A DNA stretch of 64,000 nucleotides, from positions 320,001 to 384,000 of the forward strand of contig CBDCTZ010000009.1 of NCBI GenBank assembly GCA_965222375.1, read 5' to 3'. Each line of letters opens with the position of its first letter. The stretch's first letter is position 1. The stretch comes from Polyangiaceae bacterium. Lineage in GTDB: Bacteria > Myxococcota_A > Polyangia > Polyangiales > Polyangiaceae. The position numbers and the translations under genes are program-made. The notes beneath the pieces were generated by a model. That model searched no databases and was not told the origin of the DNA. It worked only from the letters and a program-made list of their open reading frames with translations. Positions 1 through 8,617 of the stretch are shown in pieces.

Positions 1-1082
1 GTCGCGTCGCGCTGAAGGTGTTGCGCCCAGAGTTTTCCCGTTCGGAGGAGGGGCGCCAGATGTTCCTGAACGAGATGACGATTCTGGCGCACCTGGACCA
101 CGCGAACATCGTGCGCTGCCTGGCCTGCACCGAAAGCGACGACCAGCTCGTGATGGCCCTCGAGTTCCTGGAGGGGCGAACCTTGCGTCAGGTGCTTGCC
201 GACAACGGCGCCTTGAGCTGGGAAGACGCGGTCGGGATCGCCGTGCAGATCGCTTCGGCCTTGGCTGCTGCTCACCGCCAGCAGCCGCCGATTGTGCACC
301 GGGATCTGAAGCCCGAAAACGTGATGGTCCTCGACGACGGCACGGTCAAGGTCATGGACTTCGGAATCGCCAAGGTGCTGCAGGCACTCAGCGGAACCAC
401 GACCCATAGCGTGGGAACCCTGCAGTACATGAGCCCGGAGCAGATCGACGCGACGGGCATCGACAATCGAAGCGACCTCTACTGTCTTGGGCTGGTGATG
501 TACGAGATGCTTTCCGGCAAGCCGCCGTTCGAAAGTGCCTCACCCCGAGAGTTGCTCAACGCGCAGTGCACGGAAAAGCCACCGGACCTACCAGAAGACG
601 TGCGATCCGGATTGCCTCGGGGCGTCGAGCGGCTGGTATTCGAATTGTTGGAGAAATCCCCGGACGACCGGCCCGCCTCCGCGCGAGACGTGCTGCACGA
701 CCTCGACCCATTTGCCCCATCCCTGACCCGCGCCCCGCGCTCCCGGGCCTCGGGGCACACCGAGCGCATGCCGGCGCAGCCCAAGCCGAGCGAACGCGAG
801 CCCCAGGCCGCTGCCGATGACGAACAACCGGCAGCGCCGCCCGCCGCCAAGCCCTCGACATCCCAGCCGTCCAAGAAACCAACCCCTCGCGCTGATACGC
901 TGGCACTGGTCGAAACCGCGACGGCGCCTCGGGACGTCAGCCGCAACACGGGCTTGATCGTGATCCTCGCGCTGTCCGTGCTTGCCGGCGTGGTGACCTA
1001 CTTTGTGCGAGCCAGTGGAGCCGACGAGACGCCTCGGGAGGCGCCGTCGGCCTCCGCCGTGAGCGGCGAAGAATTCAGGTGA
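1..1082 (+). CDS. Hanks-type Ser/Thr protein kinase with C-terminal TM helix (5' end cut by window edge)
   Basis: Frame is open from the edge (RVALKVL at nt 3-23). HRDLKPEN, DFG and YMSPEQ are intact, followed by a Pro-rich linker and the hydrophobic segment GLIVILALSVLAGVVTYFV. The stop overlaps the next start (GTGA 1079-1082). Confidence 0.95.
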   Translation, partial: RVALKVLRPEFSRSEEGRQMFLNEMTILAHLDHANIVRCLACTESDDQLVMALEFLEGRTLRQVLADNGALSWEDAVGIAVQIASALAAAHRQQPPIVHRDLKPENVMVLDDGTVKVMDFGIAKVLQALSGTTTHSVGTLQYMSPEQIDATGIDNRSDLYCLGLVMYEMLSGKPPFESASPRELLNAQCTEKPPDLPEDVRSGLPRGVERLVFELLEKSPDDRPASARDVLHDLDPFAPSLTRAPRSRASGHTERMPAQPKPSEREPQAAADDEQPAAPPAAKPSTSQPSKKPTPRADTLALVETATAPRDVSRNTGLIVILALSVLAGVVTYFVRASGADETPREAPSASAVSGEEFR

Positions 1083-4069
1083 GCGAACCGCCCGATATTC
1101 CGGGGCTCACGCCAGCTGAGGCCCTACCGGATTTCGGGCGTGCACGGCGCTTTCGCCTTCCCGAAGACGAAGAGCTGTGGCTGCTGCACGAGGCCGATCG
1201 CGCTGTGCAGCAGCGGTTGCTCGAATTGGGCGCTGTAGGGCTTGGGCGCTTCTCGCGGGGTGGGGAGACAGTAGATGAACTGTGGTTGGTGCGGGGTTCG
1301 GCCACGCCCACCTTGGCTGGCTTTCTCGAAACCTCCAAACAGGTGCCCGTCGCCGATGCTCTCGAGATCCTGAGCAGCCTGTTGCGCGTGCTGGTCTTCG
1401 CCGAAGACGAGGCGCTGTTCCCGGGGCCCCTGGTGCTGGCTCAGATCCCACTTCACGAACGCCGAGTGGAGGTCTCGGCGGATGAACTCGTCGCGAGCCT
1501 CCTCGGCCACGCGGAGGCGTCGCCCGCTGCGGCTTCCAGTCGCGCGTCGCCGCGTTGGACGCCTCCGGAGCAGTCCGAGGGCGCGCCTTGGAACAACGCT
1601 GCCAACCGCTACGTGATCGGGCTTTTGATGTACCGCCTCCTGTCCGGGGAGCATCCCTTCGGCGGTCGCGGACTCAGGTTGGCGCTGGAGGCTCGGGCCG
1701 ATCGACCACCGCCGCCCTTCACGCCCGAGGTTGCGGAGCAGCTTTCCCCAGGGCTGCAGTCGTTGTGCCTGCGCTGCCTCGAGCCGGATCCATCCCGACG
1801 CCCACGCTCCGCCCAGGAAATCCTCGACACCCTCGAAGACATTCTGAGCAGCTCCCAGAACCAAACGCCACCTCCCGCTACGTCGCAAAGCAGGCCGGGC
1901 GGCGAATCACCCGAGCCGACCTCACGGCAGGAGCCCCGAGCCCCGGCCTCGGCGCCGCCGCGAGCGGCTGTTGCGCCGGGGCAAGTCCAGGCGAGTCGAC
2001 GTTGGGGCGGCTGGTGGATGCTGCTGGGCCTGTGCACCGCCTTGGCTGCTTGGTGGGGGCTGTCGCGTGGGCGATCCACCGAGCCTCCGCCAGTTCGCGC
2101 TCGCGCCCCGTTGAGCGCTAGCGGTTTGATTTCTGCGGACTGCGCGAGCTGCCATCCACGTCAAGCTGGGGAGTGGCGTCGCTCCGTCATGGCGCACTCC
2201 GTGAAGAGCCCGTTGTTCTTGTCGCTCGAGATGTTGATCCAGGAGCAAGCCGGCAAAGACTTCGATTGTCCCAACGGCGCTGGGATCTTGCGAAAGGCCG
2301 ACGCACGCACCGCATGTCGGGATCGAAACAGTGGTCAATTGGTCACGGGCGCCGGCGGAGAACACTGGTGCGTCAATTGCCACGCCCCGGCGGACAATTT
2401 GGCTACCACCGTGCCCGCCTGGAATGGCCGAGAGCGCACCGACAATCCGACGCTCCGAGAAGCGCTCTCGGAGCGGGCCTTGGAAGGGATCTCGTGTGCG
2501 TTTTGCCACCAAGTGCATCCGCCCACGGCGGGCCGCGTCCCGGCGACGGAGCTGGGCAATCCGTTTTGGGTTTCCCCGGTCACAGGTCGACGCTTCTCGG
2601 CTCGCCCTGAAGACGCCACGGGTCGAGTCGGGATTTCCAACAGCGGCTACGCGCTCGATCTGCAAGCGCTGTTTGCTGGCGACAAGGTGCCCGGCGGCGC
2701 CCATGCGCGCCCGGATCCAGCCACCCGTGAGTATTTGCGCTCCAGCGACTTCTGCGGTGCCTGTCACGATGTGAGGCTCTTCGGCACCGACGTGATCGGC
2801 GTGAAAGAACGGGGTGAGCACTTCAAGCGCTTGAGAAACGCCTACAGTGAATGGTCGGCCTGGGCGGCGACGGAAGAGCGCGCCGGGCGAACCCCCGCCA
2901 GTTGCCAGGACTGTCACATGACGCAGTACCCGGGGGTCTGCACGGAAGAGGCGGGGGACCAAACCGCGGTGGCGTCGGGGCTGAGAGACTCCTGCCCGCC
3001 GGGAACCCACTTCCAGTCTCGGCCCCCCGGCAGCTACCCCAAGGGGCTTGCGGCAACCGGAGCCGTGAAGCCGCGCCGGCTGAGCCTGCACTACTTTAGT
3101 GGCGTGGACACGCCGCTGGATCCGGGCTTCGACCCGCGTTTGGCCGAGGGCGACTGGACGGACGTGTTTTCCATCCCCCAGTCCCTGAGTCGTCGCGCCA
3201 AGATGCTGCTGGCGGCATCCGTGGAGCTTTCGCTGGGCACGCCTCGTCTCCGCGGCAGGCGTCTCGAGCTGCCGGTCAGCATCGAGAACACCGGCGCTGG
3301 GCATCGCGTACCCGCAGGATTCAGTCAGGAGCGTGAGCTCTGGGTTCATCTGACGGTTCGCGACGAGCAGGGGCGCGCCTTGTACGAAGTCGGTCGCGTC
3401 GACCGCTCGGACCAAGACTTGCGCGACAAGGTGTTCCTGCGCGTCAACACCGACGACCGATTCACGGATGGCCAAGGTCGCCCCCAGGGGCTCTTCGGCG
3501 CGGACGTGGCAGATGGCCCGGATGTTCCGCGCTGGCAGCCCAATCCACAGCTGGGTGGGACCCAGTTCCGAGGGCTCGGCCTGATCAACTTCCAGAACGG
3601 CTTCTTACGATGCGTCGTGTGTATCGGGCGGGTGGATTTCGATGGCAGTTGTAGGGCGCTGCCCGGCCAGGATCGCGCGCGGGCAGACCGTTTTGCCGAT
3701 GGCAGCTACGACATCGACACGGGGGAGTGCCGGAGCAATCTATCCGGCGAAAACGCGCTCTTCGAAACCTACTTCCCGGTGGGTGCCCTCGACGCGTCTC
3801 GAGGCGTGTTCAAAGCGGCTGACGCCATCATCGATCGGCGCTCACTAGCTCCAAACCAGCCGGTCACCTACACCTACGATCTGTCCTTGTCCGGCAGGCC
3901 CCACAGCGTCGAAGCGCGACTCTTGTTCCGGGCGTTTCCCCCGTTTCTGATCCGCGCATTCATCGAATACGAAGCCAAGAAGCGCCCCGGGCGCTCCCTG
4001 ATTGGCCAGGCCGCCATGGACCGCCTGGAGATCGTCGAGCTCGCCAAGACGCGGGTGGTGCTTCCGTGA
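1079..4069 (+). CDS. Pseudokinase-TM-multiheme (5x CxxCH) cytochrome c fusion
   Basis: N-terminal kinase C-lobe motifs (WTPPEQ, NRYVIGLLMYRLLSGEHPF, CLEPDPSRRP) without HRD or DFG. TM segment WWMLLGLCTALAAWWGL. Heme motifs CASCH, CVNCH, CAFCH, CGACH, CQDCH. NTGAGHRVPAG motif typical of the C-terminal domain of multiheme cytochromes. Confidence 0.88.
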   Translation: MSEPPDIPGLTPAEALPDFGRARRFRLPEDEELWLLHEADRAVQQRLLELGAVGLGRFSRGGETVDELWLVRGSATPTLAGFLETSKQVPVADALEILSSLLRVLVFAEDEALFPGPLVLAQIPLHERRVEVSADELVASLLGHAEASPAAASSRASPRWTPPEQSEGAPWNNAANRYVIGLLMYRLLSGEHPFGGRGLRLALEARADRPPPPFTPEVAEQLSPGLQSLCLRCLEPDPSRRPRSAQEILDTLEDILSSSQNQTPPPATSQSRPGGESPEPTSRQEPRAPASAPPRAAVAPGQVQASRRWGGWWMLLGLCTALAAWWGLSRGRSTEPPPVRARAPLSASGLISADCASCHPRQAGEWRRSVMAHSVKSPLFLSLEMLIQEQAGKDFDCPNGAGILRKADARTACRDRNSGQLVTGAGGEHWCVNCHAPADNLATTVPAWNGRERTDNPTLREALSERALEGISCAFCHQVHPPTAGRVPATELGNPFWVSPVTGRRFSARPEDATGRVGISNSGYALDLQALFAGDKVPGGAHARPDPATREYLRSSDFCGACHDVRLFGTDVIGVKERGEHFKRLRNAYSEWSAWAATEERAGRTPASCQDCHMTQYPGVCTEEAGDQTAVASGLRDSCPPGTHFQSRPPGSYPKGLAATGAVKPRRLSLHYFSGVDTPLDPGFDPRLAEGDWTDVFSIPQSLSRRAKMLLAASVELSLGTPRLRGRRLELPVSIENTGAGHRVPAGFSQERELWVHLTVRDEQGRALYEVGRVDRSDQDLRDKVFLRVNTDDRFTDGQGRPQGLFGADVADGPDVPRWQPNPQLGGTQFRGLGLINFQNGFLRCVVCIGRVDFDGSCRALPGQDRARADRFADGSYDIDTGECRSNLSGENALFETYFPVGALDASRGVFKAADAIIDRRSLAPNQPVTYTYDLSLSGRPHSVEARLLFRAFPPFLIRAFIEYEAKKRPGRSLIGQAAMDRLEIVELAKTRVVLP

Positions 4070-6348
4070 GCGAGGCTGCTCTCGCCAAAGCATTTCGGTC
4101 GCCGTTCTTTCGCGGGCTGGATGATCGCGGGCGTCAAGACCTGTCGCTGTCCAGTCGAGTCATCGAAATGAAAGCGGGCGAGGCCTTCTATCAAGAGGGC
4201 CAAGCCGCGGATAACTTGTTCGTCGTCGTCTCCGGGGAAGTGGCCCTCGAAGCCGTGCGTCGGGGGGACGACAACCTGAGCACCCTGCGCCTGGCGCGCC
4301 GAGGTGATCTGTTCGGCGAAGAAGCAACGGTGGTGGGCGCTACGCGCCTGTCCAGCGCTCGGGCCAAGAGTGTTGCCTGCGCGGTCGAAGTGCCCTTCGC
4401 CGTCGTTTCGCGAGTCCGGGTGCGCAGCGGCGTTGCCGAGGACGTTTTGTCTCGGGAGCAGCGCGCCCTTCGCCGCGCGCTATCGAGGGATGCCCTGCTC
4501 GCGTCGGCGTTGGGGAGGGACTTGCCCGAAAGCGATCTCTCGCTGCTGCTCGACGCGGCGCAGTGGCGCCAGGTCGCCCGTGGCGACTTCGTGTTTCAGG
4601 CGGGGCAAGCGCCCGACCGGGCGAGCGTTCTGGTCGCGGGCCTGGTTCAGCTCCAGACCGAGGAAGGCGGTCGAACCAGGGTCAGCGCCTACCTGAGCCG
4701 CGGCGACATCTTGGGTGACGACGCGGTGCTCGGTGGTCGGTCTCACGAACTAACTGCCGTGGCCCTGGGGGATCTGCATCTGTTGTCGGTGCCGCGAGCA
4801 GCCCTGCGCAGCGCCGTGGACCGCAACTCAGAGCTGCTGCGTGGCTTGCGCCGAGTCGCAGAAAGCCGAGGCGAGGCGCAGCGAGGACTGGTGGAAGGGC
4901 GAAACGAAAACGCCACCGGCCATGTGCTCGGCGACTTGTATCGAATGCACATTGCACGCTCGCTCTTGGTGATCGACCAAGACAGCTGCGTGCGCTGTGG
5001 CCAGTGCTCCCACGCCTGTGGAGATGTCTATGGCGCCACGCGGCTGGTACGCCGGGGCGACAAGATCGTGACGTCCCTGAAGATGGCGGAAGCGCCGAGC
5101 AGTCTCTTGGTGCCCAACAGCTGCCAGCATTGCGAAAATCCATCTTGCATGATCGACTGCCCGACCGGAGCCATCGGGCGTGACCCCCGCGGCGAGGTCT
5201 TCATTCGAGAGGCGCTCTGCACCGGGTGCGGAGCCTGCGCCAAAGCTTGCCCTTGGGAGAACATCCGCATGGCGCCGCGCCCGGGCGGTGGCGAGGCGAC
5301 GGATTCCGCGGTGGGCACCAGCGCTCTGGTTGCCACCAAATGCGATCTATGTCGTGAGCGCGATGGGCCGGCCTGCGTGGCCGCTTGCCCGACCGGAAGT
5401 ATTCTGCGCGTCGATCCATCCCGAGACTTTACGGAGGTGCTTGCCCTGTTTCCCGGCCGCGCACCGGCGCCCACCCAGGACACCGCGTTGCCCGGGGCGC
5501 GGCGCTCGCTTCGCTTCGTGCCCCTCTTCGCCGGCTTGGCCTTGATGGGCATGGGAGGGGGCTTGCATGCCGGAGGATACCTACGCGCTGGCAGCGGGCT
5601 GGGACTGGTTTTTGGGTGGGTGTCGTTGCTTGTTTTGCTCTCCCTGTTTGCGTACGGGTTTCAAAAGCGCGGCTACCGTCGCATTGCACGAACCCGACAC
5701 AAGGGGGCCCGCGCCGAAGCTCTGGACTTGACCCAGGTGCCGACCCGACGTGCCTTCGACTGGCACACGTGGTTGGGCTTTTCCGCCCTGGGCGCCGTTG
5801 CGCTTCACGCGGGCCTGAAGCTGTCGGGCTCAGCGCATACCTTCGTGGGGACCATCTTTTGGTGCTCCAGCGCGTTGGGCGTGCTCGGTTTGGTGGCCTA
5901 CCGGGCGTTGCCCCGGGCGCTGACCCGCATCGAACGTCGCGGGCTGCTGCCGGAAGACTTTCGTCGCGAGCGTCAGCGTTTGCTCGACCGCCTCTACCAC
6001 GCGACTAGCGGCAAGAGCGAAGCCGTCAAACTGCTCGTGAGCCGCGTGCTCATGCCCTACGCTCGCGCGCCCTGGGGGGGCCTGGTGTTGGTCGCATCGC
6101 GCCGGTCCCTGCGAGAAGAACAGCAGCGGCTCAAGGGAAAGCTCGAGGGCATTCTGGGGGACAAGGCGGTGGCCCTCGAGCGCGATCTGGACGAACTGAT
6201 CAAGACCGTCGTGGAGATCCGCGCGCTGCCCGCGCGGCGAGTTCTGACCGCGCTGCTCCGGGGCGTCGTTCCCGCTCACGGGCTGACCCTGGGTCTGCTC
6301 GCCGTCTTCCTCGTGATCCACCTGATTGCCGTGTCGGGGTTGTTTTGA
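4066..6348 (+). CDS. Tandem cNMP-binding domains + four-cluster (DmsB/NrfC-like) Fe-S domain + polytopic membrane domain with two Hx13H helices
   Basis: cNMP motifs VVVSGEV...FGEEA...R and a degenerate second copy. Cys groups CVRCGQCSHAC, CQHCENPSCMIDCP, CTGCGACAKACP, KCDLC...CVAACP. TM helices HTWLGFSALGAVALH and HGLTLGLLAVFLVIH. Confidence 0.9.
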   Translation: MSEAALAKAFRSPFFRGLDDRGRQDLSLSSRVIEMKAGEAFYQEGQAADNLFVVVSGEVALEAVRRGDDNLSTLRLARRGDLFGEEATVVGATRLSSARAKSVACAVEVPFAVVSRVRVRSGVAEDVLSREQRALRRALSRDALLASALGRDLPESDLSLLLDAAQWRQVARGDFVFQAGQAPDRASVLVAGLVQLQTEEGGRTRVSAYLSRGDILGDDAVLGGRSHELTAVALGDLHLLSVPRAALRSAVDRNSELLRGLRRVAESRGEAQRGLVEGRNENATGHVLGDLYRMHIARSLLVIDQDSCVRCGQCSHACGDVYGATRLVRRGDKIVTSLKMAEAPSSLLVPNSCQHCENPSCMIDCPTGAIGRDPRGEVFIREALCTGCGACAKACPWENIRMAPRPGGGEATDSAVGTSALVATKCDLCRERDGPACVAACPTGSILRVDPSRDFTEVLALFPGRAPAPTQDTALPGARRSLRFVPLFAGLALMGMGGGLHAGGYLRAGSGLGLVFGWVSLLVLLSLFAYGFQKRGYRRIARTRHKGARAEALDLTQVPTRRAFDWHTWLGFSALGAVALHAGLKLSGSAHTFVGTIFWCSSALGVLGLVAYRALPRALTRIERRGLLPEDFRRERQRLLDRLYHATSGKSEAVKLLVSRVLMPYARAPWGGLVLVASRRSLREEQQRLKGKLEGILGDKAVALERDLDELIKTVVEIRALPARRVLTALLRGVVPAHGLTLGLLAVFLVIHLIAVSGLF

Positions 6349-8375
6349 CCGAGCCTGCCTCGACCCCCAGGCCAACGCCGGCGTCGACTGCGGCGGACGA
6401 GCCGAGCGACGTGCGGCGCCTGAGCGGGCTGTATGCGGGTGCCATCGTGGCCGCGGTTGTGACCGTGCTGTCCGTGTTCATCAGCGAGGGGAGGGCGGCC
6501 CTCACGTCTCCCGGAGCCCTGTCGGCGCCCCACGTCCGCGCGGAGGTGGGGTGCGCGGACTGTCACTCCGCCTCGAAACCCGCCGCGGCTTGCGGCGAGT
6601 GTCACGGCCCACATCCCTCGACCCGCGCTGGCCATCAGGAGATGCGGCGCCAGGGCAAGATGTCCTGCATCACCTGTCATGACAGCCATCGCTCCGACCA
6701 AGGCGTAGCACTGCTCAAGAGCGGGATAGCCGAGCGTTACGGCAACGGTTGGGCGGTGCGGTCCAGCGAAGCAACGGGTTTTAGAGCCACCAAGCCGGTG
6801 TTCGTCGCCACCGTCGCTGCAAGCAAGTGTGGCGGCTGCCATCGCCTTTCGGATCCACGCGACGCGATCTTCACCTGCCTCGATTCCGCCACGCCCGGGC
6901 CAGCTGCGTCGCGGCCAACGCTGTGTTTCGACGAGCACCAAACCGCGGCCAATGCCCGGAAGAAAAAGGTCGCTCGAGACGGCGCATGGGAGGCTGCGCG
7001 CGTCGTGCTCAGCAATACGCCTGCCGCGCCGGCGTCGGGTCGCTTGGGCTGGCTGCTCTTGGGCCTCGGGGCGGGCGGCCTGGTCTGGACAGGACGCCAG
7101 CTCCAGTTGCGCTATCGCAAGCGGAGCGTAGGCGGGCGCCCCACCGGAGGCATGGTTCCCGCGCAAGTGGTGCGGCTGCCGCAGATCAACGCCGCCACCT
7201 GTCTGGGTTGCAACGCCTGCGTCGACGCGTGCCCCTACAACGTGATCGAAATGCGTTCCTACATCGCCGAGGTCGCGCGCCCGGACGATTGCTGCGGCCT
7301 GACCTTGTGTGAGCAGAAATGTCCCAACGGCTCTCTGGTCGTGCGCGAAGGCGAGCCCATCGTCGATCGCCCCCGGGTGGATGAGGAGCTTCAGAGCGCG
7401 GAAGTGCCGGGACTGTTCTTGGCCGGGGATCTCACCGGGCTGCCACTGATCAAGAACGCCATCAATCAGGGCGCGTATGCCGTGCGGGCGATTGCGAAAC
7501 AGCTTCCGAAGCGCAAGCGAGGCCGCTCGGAGTTGGACGCAGACGTCATCGTCGTCGGGGCGGGGCCCGCGGGGCTTTCGGCGGCACTCGAGGCCAAGAG
7601 TCAGGGCTTGAGCGTGGTCGTCGTCGAGCAAGGCAGCGTAGCATCGAGCATTCAAAGCTTTCCCCGGGGCAAGCTCGTTTTCGACCAGCCCTTGGACGTG
7701 CCCCTGGTGGGTGAACTCTGGTTGGAGGAATCCACCAAAGAAGAGTTGCTCTCCCAGTGGCTGCGCATCGTGCGTCGGCACAACCTGGACATCCGCGAAG
7801 GCACGCGGGTGATTCAGATCGCACCCTTTGAAGACGCGTCCGGGTTTCGAGTCCAAACCCGCACCGAAGATGGCAGCGAGAAAGAACTGCGCGGTCAGCG
7901 CGTCGTGCTCGCGATCGGGCGCCGGGGCACTCCCCGTCGCTTGGACGCACCCATCGAGGATGCTGCGCTTTCGCAGGTGTTCTACGGGATCTCGGACGCG
8001 TCGAGTTTCGCTGGCTCGAAGGTGTTGGTGGTCGGGTTGGGGGATTCCGCCTTGGAGGCGGCCGTTGCGCTCTGTCATCAACCCGATACCCATGTGACCG
8101 TCGTCCACCGAGGGCAGGATTTTCGTCGGGGCACCCCACGCAACATCGCGGCGCTCAAGACTGCAGCAGAGCGCGGCAAAGTGGACTTGAGGTTCGAAAC
8201 CGTGGTGACGAAGGTTTCCAAAGACCGCGTCACCCTGAGTACTCGTGGCGTGGAGAGCTCACTTTCGGTGGACGCGACCGTCGTCTTGATCGGTGCCCTG
8301 GCGCCCTGGCCCTTTCTAGAGCGGATCGGCATTCGTCGCCCCACCGAAGGGCGCAACTCGAACGGCGCAACGTAG
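6345..8375 (+). CDS. TM-tetraheme cytochrome c-TM-ferredoxin-thioredoxin-reductase-like FAD/NAD(P)H oxidoreductase fusion
   Basis: Heme motifs CADCH, CGECH, CITCH, CGGCH lie between two TM segments. Fe-S motifs CLGCNACVDACP and CCGLTLCEQKCP. FAD motifs VPGLFLAGD and VVGAGPAG; NAD(P) motif VVGLGDSALE and HRGQDFRR. TTG start overlaps the upstream TGA. Confidence 0.9.
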   Translation: MTEPASTPRPTPASTAADEPSDVRRLSGLYAGAIVAAVVTVLSVFISEGRAALTSPGALSAPHVRAEVGCADCHSASKPAAACGECHGPHPSTRAGHQEMRRQGKMSCITCHDSHRSDQGVALLKSGIAERYGNGWAVRSSEATGFRATKPVFVATVAASKCGGCHRLSDPRDAIFTCLDSATPGPAASRPTLCFDEHQTAANARKKKVARDGAWEAARVVLSNTPAAPASGRLGWLLLGLGAGGLVWTGRQLQLRYRKRSVGGRPTGGMVPAQVVRLPQINAATCLGCNACVDACPYNVIEMRSYIAEVARPDDCCGLTLCEQKCPNGSLVVREGEPIVDRPRVDEELQSAEVPGLFLAGDLTGLPLIKNAINQGAYAVRAIAKQLPKRKRGRSELDADVIVVGAGPAGLSAALEAKSQGLSVVVVEQGSVASSIQSFPRGKLVFDQPLDVPLVGELWLEESTKEELLSQWLRIVRRHNLDIREGTRVIQIAPFEDASGFRVQTRTEDGSEKELRGQRVVLAIGRRGTPRRLDAPIEDAALSQVFYGISDASSFAGSKVLVVGLGDSALEAAVALCHQPDTHVTVVHRGQDFRRGTPRNIAALKTAAERGKVDLRFETVVTKVSKDRVTLSTRGVESSLSVDATVVLIGALAPWPFLERIGIRRPTEGRNSNGAT

Positions 8376-8617
8376 CTCCTGCAGTTCGAGTCGCTCTCCA
8401 CATTCGTGGTGCGTGCAGGGGCGGAGGTCACGAATCGCCCCGTCATCGCCACTAGATCTCGGAGGCACGCAGCAAAGCGCGGCCACCGAATCGCGTAAGT
8501 GTATGAAAATAAAGGACTAGGTCGCTCAGATCCGCGCGCGCCGTCATGCGTAGAAGTGAGCTGGGTGTAAGGCGGGCGGCGAACGCCCCGTTTTCGGTCG
8601 AAAGGGACAAACGCAGC

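Noticed and set aside
6876..6938. Fifth, non-canonical heme site C-x15-CFDEH in the 6345 ORF
   Set aside because: The His is not adjacent to the second Cys; more likely a disulfide or distal ligand. Not counted as a heme.
8496..8512. IHF-like AT-rich site (similar patch at 17153-17165)
   Set aside because: About two mismatches to the consensus; not distinguishable from ordinary promoter AT-richness.
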